64,000 nt of DNA, taken from the NCBI GenBank assembly GCA_023428465.1, contig JAEYXM010000092.1, positions 1,911 to 65,910 of the forward strand. Reading direction: 5' to 3'. The notes beneath the pieces were generated by a model that did no database searches, had not been told where the DNA came from, and worked only from the letters and a program-made list of their open reading frames with translations. Positions 29,737 to 40,826 of the stretch are shown piece after piece. The DNA is from Actinomycetes bacterium (GTDB taxonomy: Bacteria; Actinomycetota; Actinomycetes; Actinomycetales; Cellulomonadaceae). The translations under genes were made by a program, and so were the position numbers. Each line of letters begins with the position of its first letter. Within the stretch, counting starts at the first letter, position 1.

Positions 29737-31098
29737 GTGGATCGGCGGATCTTCGGGCTCGAGACCGAGTACGGCGTGACCTGCGCCGTCGACGGCGGTC
29801 GCGGGCTCTCGGCCGACGAGGTGGCGCGGTACCTGTTCCGCAAGGTCGTCGCGTGGGGCCGCTCGTCGAACGTATTCCTGCGCAACGGCTCGCGGCTGTA
29901 CCTCGACGTCGGCTCGCACCCGGAGTACGCGACCGCGGAGTGCGACGCGGTCCCGCAGCTGGTCGCGCACGACCGTGCGGGGGAGCGCGTGCTCGAGGGG
30001 CTCGTCGCGGACGCGCAGCAGCGCCTCGTGCACGAGGGTGTCCCCGGCACCATCCACCTGTTCAAGAACAACACCGACTCGGCCGGCAACTCCTACGGCT
30101 GCCACGAGAACTACCTCGTGCGCCGGCAGGGGGACTTCGGCCGCCTTGCCGACGTGCTCGTGCCGTTCCTCATCACGCGGCAGGTCCTCACCGGCGCGGG
30201 CAAGGTGCTCCCCACGCCGCGCGGCTCGGTCTACTGCCTGTCCCAGCGCGCCGACCACATCTGGGAGTCGGTGTCGAGCGCCACGACCCGGTCGCGGCCC
30301 ATCATCAACACCCGGGACGAGCCGCACGCGGACGCGGAGCACTACCGGCGCCTGCACGTCATCGTCGGTGACTCCTCGATGGCCGAGCCGACGACGCTTC
30401 TCAAGGTCGGGGCCACGGACCTGGTCCTGCGGCTCGTCGAGGCCGGGGTGCCGCTGCGCGACCTCACGCTCGAGAACCCGATGCGCGCGATCCGGGAGAT
30501 CAGCCACGACACCTCGGGGCGCGCGACGGTCACGCTCGCGTCGGGCCGGACGGCGAACGCGCTCGACATCCAGGAGGAGTACCTCGCCTGGGTGCAGTCG
30601 TGGGTCTCGGCGCACCTGGACGTCACACCGGTCATGGCCCAGGTCCTCGAGCTGTGGGAACGGGGGCTGCGAGCGGTCCGCTCGCGCGACCTCGCCCTGG
30701 TCGAGACCGAGCTCGACTGGGTGATCAAGGCGCGCCTCATCGACCGCTACCGCGCCAAGCACGGTCTGTCCCTGGAGGACCCGCGCATCGCACGCCTGGA
30801 CCTCGCCTACCACGACATCTCGCGCACCGAGGGCCTGTACAACCTCCTTGCGGCCCGCGGGATGGTGCGCCGCGTCGTGTCGGACCTCGACGTGTTCGAG
30901 GCCACCGCGCTGCCGCCCCAGACGACGCGCGCCAAGCTCCGCGGCGACTTCGTCCGCCGCGCGCAGGAGGCCCGCCGGGACTACACGGTGGACTGGGTGC
31001 ACCTCAAGCTCAACGACCAGGCGCAGCGCACGGTGCTGTGCAAGGACCCCTTCCGTAACGTCGACGAGCGCGTCGACCGACTCCTGGAGACCCTGTGA
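29737..31098 (+). CDS. pafA: Pup-protein ligase
   Basis: [62 protein letters not shown]. Confidence 0.97.
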   Translation: MDRRIFGLETEYGVTCAVDGGRGLSADEVARYLFRKVVAWGRSSNVFLRNGSRLYLDVGSHPEYATAECDAVPQLVAHDRAGERVLEGLVADAQQRLVHEGVPGTIHLFKNNTDSAGNSYGCHENYLVRRQGDFGRLADVLVPFLITRQVLTGAGKVLPTPRGSVYCLSQRADHIWESVSSATTRSRPIINTRDEPHADAEHYRRLHVIVGDSSMAEPTTLLKVGATDLVLRLVEAGVPLRDLTLENPMRAIREISHDTSGRATVTLASGRTANALDIQEEYLAWVQSWVSAHLDVTPVMAQVLELWERGLRAVRSRDLALVETELDWVIKARLIDRYRAKHGLSLEDPRIARLDLAYHDISRTEGLYNLLAARGMVRRVVSDLDVFEATALPPQTTRAKLRGDFVRRAQEARRDYTVDWVHLKLNDQAQRTVLCKDPFRNVDERVDRLLETL

Positions 31099-32048
31099 CC
31101 TCGCGGACCGGGCGGCAGCTGGCCGCCAGCAGGGCCGGGCGTCCGGCCGCACGCACGGCGCCTCGCGCGCGACGGGCCGTGGGCGTCGTGCTCGCGCTCG
31201 CCATGGCCGCGGGCACCGCCGCGTGCACCGACGAGGCGGAGCCCACCCCCCAGGTGGTGGTGACCGGCGAGCTGGGCGGTCAGCCCGAGCTGCAGTTCGA
31301 GGCGCCGCTGGCCGTCACCGAGCCGAGCGTGGAGGTCGTGGCCGAGGGCACGGGGCCGACGCTGTCCGACGGGGACCCGGTGCTTCTGAACTTCTATGCC
31401 GTGTCGGCCGCGGACGCGAGCCTGATCAACGAGACCTACTCCAGCGAGCCGCGGGCCTACGAGCTGAGCGAGGAGTCCATCGGCGTCGAGATCTACCGCG
31501 CCCTCCTCGGTCAGCACGTGGGGTCGCGGATCCTGCACGTCGTGCCGGCGTCCGAGGGGCAGGCGGCCGGCACCGTCGCGGTGTTCGACATCCTGCCCAC
31601 GCGCGCCGACGGCGAGATCCTCGACCCGCGCGAGGGGCTGCCGACCGTGGAGCGCGGCGACGACGGCACGCCGGTCGTGACGATCCCGCCGGAGACGCCG
31701 CCGCCGGCCGACCTGGTGGTGGTGCCGCTGATCCGCGGCATCGGGCCGCAGGTGTCCGCGGGCCAGGTCATCACCGTCCAGTACGTGGGCGTGACCTGGT
31801 CGAACGGCTCGGTGTTCGAGTCGAGCTGGGATGCCGGCGAGCTGCCGGTGTCGTTCCCCATCGGCGTCCAGTCCGTGCTGGAGGGCTGGGACGTCGGCTT
31901 GATCGAGCAGCCTGTCGGCAGTCAGGTGATGCTCGTCGTCCCGCCGTCGATGGCCTACGGCGGCACGCCCAACGAGCTCGCGGAGGAGACCCTCGTGTAC
32001 GTGGTCGACATCCTCTCCGCCGTCGGCGGCCCGGAGGTGACGTCGTGA
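31095..32048 (+). CDS. FKBP-type peptidyl-prolyl isomerase, two FKBP domains, probable lipoprotein
   Basis: Arg-rich N-terminus, hydrophobic stretch and TAAC lipobox-like motif. [44 protein letters not shown]. Confidence 0.9.
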   Translation: MTSRTGRQLAASRAGRPAARTAPRARRAVGVVLALAMAAGTAACTDEAEPTPQVVVTGELGGQPELQFEAPLAVTEPSVEVVAEGTGPTLSDGDPVLLNFYAVSAADASLINETYSSEPRAYELSEESIGVEIYRALLGQHVGSRILHVVPASEGQAAGTVAVFDILPTRADGEILDPREGLPTVERGDDGTPVVTIPPETPPPADLVVVPLIRGIGPQVSAGQVITVQYVGVTWSNGSVFESSWDAGELPVSFPIGVQSVLEGWDVGLIEQPVGSQVMLVVPPSMAYGGTPNELAEETLVYVVDILSAVGGPEVTS

Positions 32049-32812
32049 CCGCGATCCGCGTCATCCCGTGCCTCGACGTCGACGCCGGGCGGGTCGTCAA
32101 GGGCGTGCACTTCCGGGGCCTGCGGGATGCCGGGGACCCGGTCGAGCTGGCTCGCCGGTACGACGCCGAGGGCGCGGACGAGATCACCTTCCTGGACGTC
32201 TCGGCGTCATCATCGGCGCGCGAGACGACGTTCGACGTCGTCGACCGCACGGCGCAGGAGGTCTTCGTCCCCCTGACCGTCGGCGGCGGGGTCCGGTCGG
32301 TCGAGGACGTGGACAAGCTCCTGCGGGCGGGCGCGGACAAGGTCGGCGTCAACACCGCGGCGATTGCGCGCCCCGAGCTGGTCTCGGAGATCGCCGAGCG
32401 CTTCGGTAGCCAGGTGCTCGTGCTCTCCGTCGATGCGCGCCGCGTCGTCGACGGACCTCCGACGCCGTCGGGCTACGAGGTGACGACACACGGGGGCCGG
32501 CGCGGCACCGGGATCGACGCCGTCGGCTGGGCGCGCCGGGCCGTCGAGCTGGGCGCGGGCGAGGTCCTGCTCAACTCGATGGACGCGGACGGCACGACCG
32601 GCGGCTTCGATCTGGAGATGCTCGCGACCGTGCGGGACGCCGTCTCGGTGCCCCTCATCGCCAGCGGGGGAGCGGGCACGCCCGAGCACTTCCTCGAGGC
32701 GGTCCGGGCGGGGGCCGACGCCGTCCTGGCGGCCAGCGTGTTCCACTTCGGCACGCTGACGATCGGGCAGGTCAAGGACCACCTTCGGGCGGCGGGCGTC
32801 GAGGTCCGCTGA
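32045..32812 (+). CDS. hisF: Imidazole glycerol phosphate synthase cyclase subunit
   Basis: [62 protein letters not shown] then GTG 32045. Confidence 0.97.
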   Translation: MTAIRVIPCLDVDAGRVVKGVHFRGLRDAGDPVELARRYDAEGADEITFLDVSASSSARETTFDVVDRTAQEVFVPLTVGGGVRSVEDVDKLLRAGADKVGVNTAAIARPELVSEIAERFGSQVLVLSVDARRVVDGPPTPSGYEVTTHGGRRGTGIDAVGWARRAVELGAGEVLLNSMDADGTTGGFDLEMLATVRDAVSVPLIASGGAGTPEHFLEAVRAGADAVLAASVFHFGTLTIGQVKDHLRAAGVEVR

Positions 32813-32911
32813 GGGGCAGGCGGGTCGGATCAGGGGCGTCCCGGCGTCGCCGCGAAGCCTGTCGGGGGGCCGTGAGATGCTGAGCCATCCCCGTGCAGAA
32901 GGAGTTCGAGC

Positions 32912-34843
32912 GTGCCCGTGACCGCCCGCCCCGCCGCACTCAGCGGCGGAGTCGTCCGGCGGTCCGTCCAGCTCATGTGGCGGGGGATGGCCTCGCACCC
33001 GCGCACGTACGTCCTCGCGGTGGGCCTGTCCGCCGTGTTCGGGGCGGCCACGGTCGGCGTCAGCCGCGTGCTCGGTGCGGTGACGGACCGCGTCGTCGTC
33101 CCGGCCCTCGAGGGCGACGCCGACGCACGCGCGTCGATCTGGACGGCCGGGCTCGTGCTCGCCGGGGTCGCCGTCGTCCTTGCTCTCGGGGTTGCGGGCC
33201 GACGGATCTTCGCGGGCATCGGGTACGCCGACATCGGCGCGGACCACCGCCGCGGGGTCACGCGCCAGTACCTGCGCCTGCCCCTGGCGTGGCACCGCAC
33301 GCACCCGACCGGCCAGCTGCTGGCCAACGCGAGCAGCGATGTCGAGGCTGCCACCGGCGTCTTCAACCCGCTGCCGTTCGCGCTCGGCGTCGTGGTGATG
33401 ATCGCGGTCGCAGCGGTCTCGCTCTTCACGACGGACGTGTGGATCGCGGTCACCGCCTTGACCGTGCTACCTCTCGCGGTGCTTGCGAACGTCGTGTTCC
33501 AGCGCCGGATGACGCCGGCGGCGACACGCGCGCAGCAGCTCCGCGCGTCGGTCGCCGACGTCGCGCACGAGAGCTTCGAGGCGGCGCTCCTGGTCAAGGC
33601 CCTGGGTACGGAGACGCGGGAGTCGGCCCGGTTCGCGACCGAGGCGGACCGCCTGCGTGCGGCGCAGGTCCGCGTCGGCCAGGTGCGTGCGGTGTTCGAC
33701 CCGGTGATCGAGCTGCTGCCGAGCGCGGGGACGCTCGCGGTGCTCCTCGTCGGTGCGCACCGGGCCGCGGCCGGTGCCGTCGAGACCGGCGACATCGTGT
33801 CCGCCGGGTTCCTCCTGACTCTCATGGCGGTGCCCGTGCGGGCGTTCGGCTGGGTCCTCGGGGAGCTGCCGCGTGCCCTCGTGGGGTACGACCGCATCGC
33901 CCGCGTGCTCGACGCGACCGGCGACATGCCCCGCGGCACGACGCCGCTGCCGCACGTCGGCGCGGGTGTCGCGGTGCAGCTGAGCGACGTGCACGTCGCC
34001 GTGCCGACGCCCGACGGCGAGGCCGAGCTGCTCGCGGGCATCGACCTCGAGCTGGCACCGGGGCGCACGGTCGCGCTCGTCGGGCCGACCGGATCGGGCA
34101 AGAGCACGCTCGCGGGCCTGCTCCCGCGCCTGCGGGACCCGAGCCGCGGCGAGGTCCTGCTCGACGGGCTGGACCTGCGGGACCTGGACCCCGCTGCGGT
34201 CGCCGCTCAGGTGGCCTTCGTCGCGCAGCAGACCTTCCTCTTCGAGGACACGGTGCGCGCGAACGTGACGCTCGCGGACGTGGGCGACCCGTCGGCGCCC
34301 GACGACGACACGGTGTGGGCGGCCCTCGCGCTCGCCCGGCTCGACCGTGTCGTCCGGGACCTGCCCGGTGGGTTGGACGCGCCGCTCGGCGAACGCGGGG
34401 CGAACCTGTCGGGAGGCCAGCGGCAGCGGCTCGCGATCGCCCGCGCGCTCGTCCGCCGGCCGCGCCTCCTCGTGCTCGACGACGCGACCTCGGCGGTCGA
34501 CCCGCGCATCGAGCAGCAGATCCTGCGGGGGCTCGGCTCCATGTGGGGCCCCGGCCGGGGGCCGACGGTGCTGCTCGTCGCCTACCGGATGTCCTCCGTC
34601 CTCCTGGCCGACGAGGTCGTCCACCTCGCGGGAGGTCGCGTCGTCGACCGCGGCCCGCACGCCGACCTGATGGCGCGCGACCCCGGCTACGTCGAGCTCG
34701 CGACCGCCTACCAGCGCGAGTCCGAGCGCCGCGCCGCCGAGGCCGACAGCGAGGACGGGCTGGATGACGGGCCGGATGACGAGGGCCCCGACGAAGCCGA
34801 GCCGGACGAGCTGCAGCCTGCCGAGGCGGGGGAGGGCCGATGA
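32912..34843 (+). CDS. ABC exporter half-transporter (TMD+NBD) with degenerate catalytic residues
   Basis: TM domain, GPTGSGKST and LSGGQ. Walker B is LVLDD (E to D) and the switch is VAYR (H to Y). Confidence 0.93.
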   Translation: MPVTARPAALSGGVVRRSVQLMWRGMASHPRTYVLAVGLSAVFGAATVGVSRVLGAVTDRVVVPALEGDADARASIWTAGLVLAGVAVVLALGVAGRRIFAGIGYADIGADHRRGVTRQYLRLPLAWHRTHPTGQLLANASSDVEAATGVFNPLPFALGVVVMIAVAAVSLFTTDVWIAVTALTVLPLAVLANVVFQRRMTPAATRAQQLRASVADVAHESFEAALLVKALGTETRESARFATEADRLRAAQVRVGQVRAVFDPVIELLPSAGTLAVLLVGAHRAAAGAVETGDIVSAGFLLTLMAVPVRAFGWVLGELPRALVGYDRIARVLDATGDMPRGTTPLPHVGAGVAVQLSDVHVAVPTPDGEAELLAGIDLELAPGRTVALVGPTGSGKSTLAGLLPRLRDPSRGEVLLDGLDLRDLDPAAVAAQVAFVAQQTFLFEDTVRANVTLADVGDPSAPDDDTVWAALALARLDRVVRDLPGGLDAPLGERGANLSGGQRQRLAIARALVRRPRLLVLDDATSAVDPRIEQQILRGLGSMWGPGRGPTVLLVAYRMSSVLLADEVVHLAGGRVVDRGPHADLMARDPGYVELATAYQRESERRAAEADSEDGLDDGPDDEGPDEAEPDELQPAEAGEGR

Positions 34844-36639
34844 GCGAGCCACGGTCCGACGTCCGGCTCGAGACGACGAGCACGCTGGGCACCTGGGCGA
34901 CCCTGCGGCGCGGCCTGGAGGTCTCGCCGCAGATCGGGCAAGGCCTGGGCGTCACGCTGATCCTGGCCGTCCTCGCTGCCGCCGGGCGCGTCGTCGTGCC
35001 CATCGCCGTCCAGCAGACGATCGACACGGGGATCCTCTCGCCGGGCGGCCCGCAGCTGGGCCGGGTCTGGCTCCTCGTGGGGCTCGCGGCGCTCGGGCTC
35101 GTCGGGGCAGGCGTGTGCACGACGGTCGTCAACGTGCGGCTCTTCCGTCGCAGCGAGGCCGGCCTGGCCCAGCTGCGCGTCGCAGCGTTCCGCCGGGTGC
35201 ACGAACTCTCGGTGGCGACGCAGTCGACCGAGCGGCGAGGGAGCCTCGTCTCGCGCGTCACCGGCGACGTCGACACGATCTCGCTGTTCGTGCAGTGGGG
35301 CGGGCTGATGCTGCTCGTGTCCGTCCTGCAGATCTCCGTGGCGACCGCGCTCATGGTCGTCTACTCCTGGCCGCTGGCGATCGTCGTCTGGGTCTCGTTC
35401 GTGCCGCTCGTGCTGGTGCTCCGGCCCGCGCAGACGCGGGTCAGCGCGGCGTACGCACGCGTGCGGGCCAAGACCGGCGCGATGCTCGGGGCCATCTCGG
35501 AGGCCGTCGTGGGCGCCGAGACGATCCGCGCGTACGGCGTCGGCGAGCGGACCGAGCGGCGCGTCGAGGCCGCGGTCCGCGAGACCCGTGACGCACAGGT
35601 CGCCGCGCAGACGCGGGTCGCGACGGTGTTCTCCTCCGGCGTGCTGGTGGCGAACCTCGTGCTGGCCGCGGTCGTCGTCGTCGGCACGCTGCTGGGCGTG
35701 GACGACCGGATCACCGCCGGTCGCCTGCTCGCCTTCATCTTCCTGGTGCAGCTCTTCACCGGCCCGGTGCAGATGGCGACGGAGATCCTCAACGAGCTCC
35801 AGAACGCGCTCGCGGGGTGGCGGCGCGTGCTCGGCGTCATCGACACCCCGGCGGAGATCACGGACCCGCCCGGCGGCGGCGTCCGGTCGCCCCGCGGCCC
35901 GGGGCGTCTCGAGCTGCGCGGGGTCTCCTTCGCCTACCCGGGCGGCCCCGTCGTCCTCGCCGACGTCGACCTCGTGGTCCCCGCCCACGCGAAGGTCGCG
36001 GTCGTCGGTGCGACGGGCTCGGGCAAGACGACGATGGCCCGGCTCGTGACGCGGCTCGTGGACCCGCGCGAGGGCCAGGTGCTGCTGGACGGCGTCGACC
36101 TGCGCGAGATCCCGCTCGCAGACCTCCGGGCGCGCGTCGTCCTCGTGCCCCAGGAGGGCTTCCTCTTCGAGGGCACCGTCGCCGCGAACGTCGCGTACGG
36201 CGTCCGGGACGACGACGCGTCCGACGAGCGCGTGGCCGCCGTGTTCGCCGAGCTCGGCCTCGCCGACTGGCTCGCGGACCTGCCCGACGGGGTCGCGACG
36301 GAGGTCGGCCAGCGTGGTGAGCGGCTGAGCGCGGGGGAGCGGCAGCTCGTCGCCCTGGCCCGCGCGCACGTCGCGGGCGCGGACGTGCTGGTCCTCGACG
36401 AGGCGACCAGCGCCGTCGACCCCGCGACCGAGGTGCGGATCGCACGCGCGCTGGATCAGCTCACGGCGGGCCGCACGACCGTCACGATCGCGCACCGGCT
36501 CTCGACCGCGGAGGCGGCCGACGTCGTCGTGGTCGTCGAGGAGGGCCGGCTCGTCCAGGTGGGCGCGCACTCCGAGCTCCTCGCCCAGGACGGGCCCTAC
36601 GCGGCGATGCACGCCGCCTGGCTGGCCCAGACGCGCTGA
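34840..36639 (+). CDS. ABC exporter half-transporter (TMD+NBD), partner subunit
   Basis: GATGSGKTT, signature [22 protein letters not shown] overlap with the upstream gene. Confidence 0.93.
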   Translation: MSEPRSDVRLETTSTLGTWATLRRGLEVSPQIGQGLGVTLILAVLAAAGRVVVPIAVQQTIDTGILSPGGPQLGRVWLLVGLAALGLVGAGVCTTVVNVRLFRRSEAGLAQLRVAAFRRVHELSVATQSTERRGSLVSRVTGDVDTISLFVQWGGLMLLVSVLQISVATALMVVYSWPLAIVVWVSFVPLVLVLRPAQTRVSAAYARVRAKTGAMLGAISEAVVGAETIRAYGVGERTERRVEAAVRETRDAQVAAQTRVATVFSSGVLVANLVLAAVVVVGTLLGVDDRITAGRLLAFIFLVQLFTGPVQMATEILNELQNALAGWRRVLGVIDTPAEITDPPGGGVRSPRGPGRLELRGVSFAYPGGPVVLADVDLVVPAHAKVAVVGATGSGKTTMARLVTRLVDPREGQVLLDGVDLREIPLADLRARVVLVPQEGFLFEGTVAANVAYGVRDDDASDERVAAVFAELGLADWLADLPDGVATEVGQRGERLSAGERQLVALARAHVAGADVLVLDEATSAVDPATEVRIARALDQLTAGRTTVTIAHRLSTAEAADVVVVVEEGRLVQVGAHSELLAQDGPYAAMHAAWLAQTR

Positions 36640-36697
36640 CGCCTGCGGCCACGGAATGGGCACGCCGGTCCGCGCCGGCCCGTGGCAGGATCGGCGC

Positions 36698-37087
36698 GTG
36701 CCGACGAACCAGCCCCTCGACCCGGCGGTCGCCGCGCGCCTCAAGCGCGACGCGACCGGCCTGGTCTGCGCCGTCGTCCAGGACCACGGGACCCGTGAGG
36801 TGCTCATGGTCGGCTGGATGGACGACGAGGCCCTGCACCGCACCCTCACGACGGGCCGCGTGACCTTCTGGAGCCGGTCGCGCCAGGAGTACTGGCGCAA
36901 GGGCGACACGTCCGGTCACGTGCAGCACGTCCGGTCGGTGCACCTCGACTGCGACGGCGACGCCGTCCTCGTGCAGGTCGAGCAGGTCGGCGCGGCGTGC
37001 CACACGGGCACGCGGAGCTGCTTCGATGCGGGCGGGTCGCTCGGCGCCGTCGTCGGCGCCGGGACGGTGCCGGAGGAGTCGGCATGA
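36698..37087 (+). CDS. hisI: Phosphoribosyl-AMP cyclohydrolase
   Basis: [42 protein letters not shown]. Confidence 0.96.
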   Translation: MPTNQPLDPAVAARLKRDATGLVCAVVQDHGTREVLMVGWMDDEALHRTLTTGRVTFWSRSRQEYWRKGDTSGHVQHVRSVHLDCDGDAVLVQVEQVGAACHTGTRSCFDAGGSLGAVVGAGTVPEESA

Positions 37088-38661
37088 CGGCGCCCGGAGC
37101 CGCACCGCAGGCGCTCACGGGCCCGGAGTCGCTCCCGTGGGGCGAGACGTGGCCGAGGCTGGAAGTGTTCCGGGACCTGGCTGCCGAGCACCGGCGCGTC
37201 ATTCCCGTGGTCCGCCGCCTGCTGGCCGACGAGGTCACGCCGGTCGGGCTCTACCGCACGCTGGCGCAGGGCCGCCCGGGGACGTTCATCCTCGAGTCCG
37301 CCGAGGTGGACGGCACCTGGGCCCGCTACTCCTTCGTCGGCGTGAACGCGCGGGCGACCCTCACCGTGCGCGAGGGGCGGGCCGTGTGGCTCGGCGACGT
37401 TCCGGCGGGTGTGCCGCAGGAGGGCGACGTCCTCGAGGTGCTCGGTGCGACGCTCGAGGCGCTGCGCACGCCGGCCGTGCCGGGGCTGCCGCCGCTCACG
37501 GGCGGCCTGGTGGGCGCGCTCGGCTGGGACGTCGTGCGGCACTGGGAGCCGACGCTTCCGGCGCTCGCGCCGGACGAGCTCGACGTGCCCGAGGTCTCCC
37601 TGTGCCTCGCGGCGGACCTGGCGGTCGTCGACCACGTCGACGGCACCGTGTGGCTCGTGGCCAACGCGATCAACTTCGACGCCACGGACGAGCGGGTCGA
37701 CGAGGCTCACACCGACGCCGTCGCACGCCTCGACGCGATGCAGGCGGCGCTCGGCCGCGCGTCGACCGCGACACCCGGGGTGCTCGGCGGCGGCGCCGAG
37801 CCGGAGCTCGAGTTCCGCACGTCCCGGGCGGACTTCGAGGAGGCGGTCCGGCGCGGCAAGGAGGCGATCCGCGACGGCGAGGTGTTCCAGGTCGTCATCT
37901 CCCAGCGTCTGGACCTGGACTGCCCGGCGGACCCGCTGGACGTCTACCGCGTGCTGCGCACCATCAACCCGAGCCCGTACATGTACTGCATGGTGCTGCA
38001 GGACCCGGGCGGCGACCCGTTCACCGTGGTCGGCTCGAGCCCTGAGACCCTGGTCAAGGTGACCGACGGCCACGTCACCACGTTCCCGATCGCAGGGTCG
38101 CGCCCGCGCGGCGCCACGCCCGAGGCCGACGCGGCACTCGTGACGGAGCTGCTCGCCGACCCGAAGGAGCGCGCCGAGCACGTCATGCTCGTCGACCTCT
38201 CGCGCAACGACCTCGTGAAGGTCTGCGTCCCGACGAGCGTCGAGGTCGTGGAGTTCATGGCCGTGCGGCGGTTCAGCCACATCATGCACATCTGCTCGAC
38301 GGTGGTCGGCCGCCTGCGGGCGGATGCCACGGCGCTCGGCACGCTCATGGCGACGTTCCCGGCCGGCACGCTCTCGGGCGCACCCAAGCCGCGGGCGATC
38401 GCCCTGATCGACGAGCTCGAGCCGGCCCGGCGCGGCATCTACGGCGGCACCGTGGGGTACTTCGACTTCGCCGGGAACATGGACATGGCGATCGCGATCC
38501 GCACGGCGCTCATCCGGCGCGGGCGGGCGAGCGTGCAGGCCGGCGGCGGGATCGTCGCGGACTCGGTCGAGGCCCTGGAGTACGCCGAGTCGCGCAACAA
38601 GGCGGCGGCCGCGGTGCGGGCGGTGCAGATCGCGTCGCGGCTGCGGCCCGCAGGCTCCTGA
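37084..38661 (+). CDS. trpE: Anthranilate synthase component I
   Basis: [66 protein letters not shown]. Confidence 0.96.
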   Translation: MTAPGAAPQALTGPESLPWGETWPRLEVFRDLAAEHRRVIPVVRRLLADEVTPVGLYRTLAQGRPGTFILESAEVDGTWARYSFVGVNARATLTVREGRAVWLGDVPAGVPQEGDVLEVLGATLEALRTPAVPGLPPLTGGLVGALGWDVVRHWEPTLPALAPDELDVPEVSLCLAADLAVVDHVDGTVWLVANAINFDATDERVDEAHTDAVARLDAMQAALGRASTATPGVLGGGAEPELEFRTSRADFEEAVRRGKEAIRDGEVFQVVISQRLDLDCPADPLDVYRVLRTINPSPYMYCMVLQDPGGDPFTVVGSSPETLVKVTDGHVTTFPIAGSRPRGATPEADAALVTELLADPKERAEHVMLVDLSRNDLVKVCVPTSVEVVEFMAVRRFSHIMHICSTVVGRLRADATALGTLMATFPAGTLSGAPKPRAIALIDELEPARRGIYGGTVGYFDFAGNMDMAIAIRTALIRRGRASVQAGGGIVADSVEALEYAESRNKAAAAVRAVQIASRLRPAGS

Positions 38662-39296
38662 TGGGTCTGCGCTCCCGGCCCCGCCGGCGGGCCGTGGTCC
38701 TGGCACTGCTCGTGCTCGGTGTCGTGCTGCTCGCGACGGGTTCCGCGACGTGGGTCACCGCGACGACGTGGACGGCGCTGGACGCCGTCGTCGTCGAGGT
38801 CCCGGGGAGCCGGGCCGCACCGGCCGTCCAGGCCGCCGGGCTCATCGTCGGCGCGGCAGCACTCGCCCTCGCGATGGCCCGGCGGGTGGCGGCGCTCGTC
38901 GCGGCAGGCGCCGTCGTCCTCGGGGGAGTGCTCGCGGTGGTCGGGAGCGTCGTGGTGGTCACCGGGCCGGCGGACGTGGCACGCGCGGGCGCGGCGCACG
39001 ACGTCGGCGTCGGCGGCGTCGTCGAGGGTGTCGGTCTCACGTGGGCGCCCTGGGCCGGCCTGCTCGTCGGCCTCGCTGCGGTGGGCGCGGGCGTGGGGGC
39101 GGCCCTCGCGTCGCGACACTGGCACGTCGGCACCCGCCACGAGGCGCCGACGTCGGCCCGAGCCGTTCCCACGGATGACTGGGACGCCCTGACCCGGGGG
39201 ACCGACCCGTCCGATCCGTCGGACCGGACGGACCCCTGGGGCTCCGCACGGCGCGGTGTGCAGGATGAACCTCCGCCCACGGGGCCGGTTCGCTAA
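38661..39296 (+). CDS. Trp biosynthesis-associated membrane protein
   Basis: About four TM segments, C-terminal WDALTRGTDP motif, directly after trpE. Confidence 0.85.
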   Translation: MGLRSRPRRRAVVLALLVLGVVLLATGSATWVTATTWTALDAVVVEVPGSRAAPAVQAAGLIVGAAALALAMARRVAALVAAGAVVLGGVLAVVGSVVVVTGPADVARAGAAHDVGVGGVVEGVGLTWAPWAGLLVGLAAVGAGVGAALASRHWHVGTRHEAPTSARAVPTDDWDALTRGTDPSDPSDRTDPWGSARRGVQDEPPPTGPVR

Positions 39297-39328
39297 GGTT
39301 CCCCCAACCTCACGAAAGGCAGGTGCGA

Positions 39329-39622
39329 ATGGCCGACCAGCCGCTCGACCACACCGAGAAGGCGCACCTCCCCGAGTCGGCGCCGCCGACCAACCACGGC
39401 CACACGCTCGCCGCCTGGGTCACCGTCTCGTTGGTGATGCTCGGCGCGGTCGTGTCCGCCGCGGGTGTCCTCGCGAGCCAGATGTGGCTGTTCTGGACCG
39501 GCCTCGGGATCGTCGTCGTGGCGGCCGTCGTCGGCCGCGTGCTCAAGTCGCTCGGCCACGGCCAGTCCGAGCCGTCCGGGCCTCACCGGACCGACGACGC
39601 AGCGGGACGAGACATCGCCTGA
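39329..39622 (+). CDS. HGxxPAAW family small membrane protein
   Basis: NHGHTLAAW followed by two TM helices and LGHGQ. Confidence 0.85.
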   Translation: MADQPLDHTEKAHLPESAPPTNHGHTLAAWVTVSLVMLGAVVSAAGVLASQMWLFWTGLGIVVVAAVVGRVLKSLGHGQSEPSGPHRTDDAAGRDIA

Positions 39623-39686
39623 CGCCTTGGCGTCCCCCCCACGACCGGGCCTGCTGGGGCCCGGGACCCCACGCGAAGGAGCACCG

Positions 39687-40181
39687 ATGAGTACGCCGCC
39701 CTCCGACCCGAACCCTTACGGGCAGGACAACCCCTACGGCCAGGACAACCCGTACGGCCAGCAGCCGCCGTCCTACGGCGGCCAGGAGCAGGGCTGGGGT
39801 CAGCAGCCGCCGGCATACGGCCAGCAGCCCGCGTACGGCCAGCCGCCGGTGTACGGCCAGCAGCCCGGCTACGGCCAGGAGCAGTGGACCGGCCAGGCCG
39901 GCTACCAGGCGGCCTGGGGCGGCGGGACGCAGCGCAACAGCCTCGGCGTGTGGGCGCTCGTGCTCGGCATCCTGGGCTTCTGCTGCGGCCCTGCGGGCAT
40001 CGCCGCGATCATCCTGGGCCGCCAGTCGCAGCAGGCCGCGGCGCGCGGTGAGGCGAACAACGGCGGCATGGGCACGGCCGGCTTCGTCCTCGGGTGCATC
40101 GTCGTGGCCCTGTGGTTGCTCTCGTTCGTCCTGCGGGCCACCGGCGTGCTCACCTACGACTTCGACTTCGAGACCAGCTGA
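39687..40181 (+). CDS. DUF4190-like membrane protein with Pro/Gln/Tyr-rich N-terminus
   Basis: AAGGAG RBS, YGQ repeats, then NSLGVWALVLGILG...G.GMGTAGFVLG. Confidence 0.85.
   Translation: MSTPPSDPNPYGQDNPYGQDNPYGQQPPSYGGQEQGWGQQPPAYGQQPAYGQPPVYGQQPGYGQEQWTGQAGYQAAWGGGTQRNSLGVWALVLGILGFCCGPAGIAAIILGRQSQQAAARGEANNGGMGTAGFVLGCIVVALWLLSFVLRATGVLTYDFDFETS
39711..39879 (+). repeat. Coding ~18-bp repeats (NPYGQD / YGQQPx)
   Basis: Repeated tacggccagsa units encoding YGQDNP x2 and YGQQP variants. Confidence 0.75.
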
Positions 40182-40206
40182 CCGCGCCCCGCGACGAGGA
40201 GGTCCC

Positions 40207-40653
40207 CTGAGCGTCGAGGCCCGCACGCCACACGTGGACCGGCCGTACCCGGCCGGTCCACGGTGGCGCGCGCTGCGGGCTCCGATGCTCACGGCGGCGG
40301 GCGTCCTTGCAGCGGGAGGCGTGCTCGTGGCGCGCAGCCCCCACGCGTCGGGCAGCTACGGCTCGTGCCCGTTCCGCGCGCTCACGGGGTTGTGGTGCCC
40401 CGGTTGCGGCGGTCTGCGCGCCGTGCACGACCTGATGACGTTCGACGTCGTCGCCGCCTGGGGCATGAACGCCCTGCTCGTGCTGGCCCTGCCGGTGCTC
40501 GCAGCCCTGTGGGCGCAGTGGCTCCGGCACGCGTGGCTCGGCCGGCCCTTCGCCGTCGTCACCGCCCGCGGCGCCGTGGTGCTCGGCGTCGTGCTCGCCC
40601 TCTTCACGCTGCTCCGCAACCTCCCGGCGCTCGAGCCCTACCTGGGCGCCTGA
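40207..40653 (+). CDS. DUF2752 family membrane protein
   Basis: CPFRALTGLWCPGCGGLRAVHDL and TLLRNLP. Start uncertain: CTG 40207 after GAGGAGG, or GTG 40234. Confidence 0.85.
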   Translation: MSVEARTPHVDRPYPAGPRWRALRAPMLTAAGVLAAGGVLVARSPHASGSYGSCPFRALTGLWCPGCGGLRAVHDLMTFDVVAAWGMNALLVLALPVLAALWAQWLRHAWLGRPFAVVTARGAVVLGVVLALFTLLRNLPALEPYLGA

Positions 40654-40826
40654 CGCTCCGCCCGGGGGACCGGGCTGTGCGATTCCGGGATGCACTCGGC
40701 CTGGTGGGACCCCCGTGACGGGGCGCTGTGCCGGTCCCAGCAGATGGGCGTGGTCGGGCCCCGTCGGCGCGGCGCCTACCATGGGGCCAGGCCCGCTGGG
40801 GGGCGGGTGGGAACGGGAGGTGGCTC

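Noticed and set aside
24561..31098. Pup-proteasome system as a novel system
   Set aside because: It is a well-described pathway in canonical gene order.
37000..37090. Attenuator leader before trpE
   Set aside because: trpE overlaps the hisI stop (ATGA), leaving no room for a leader peptide.
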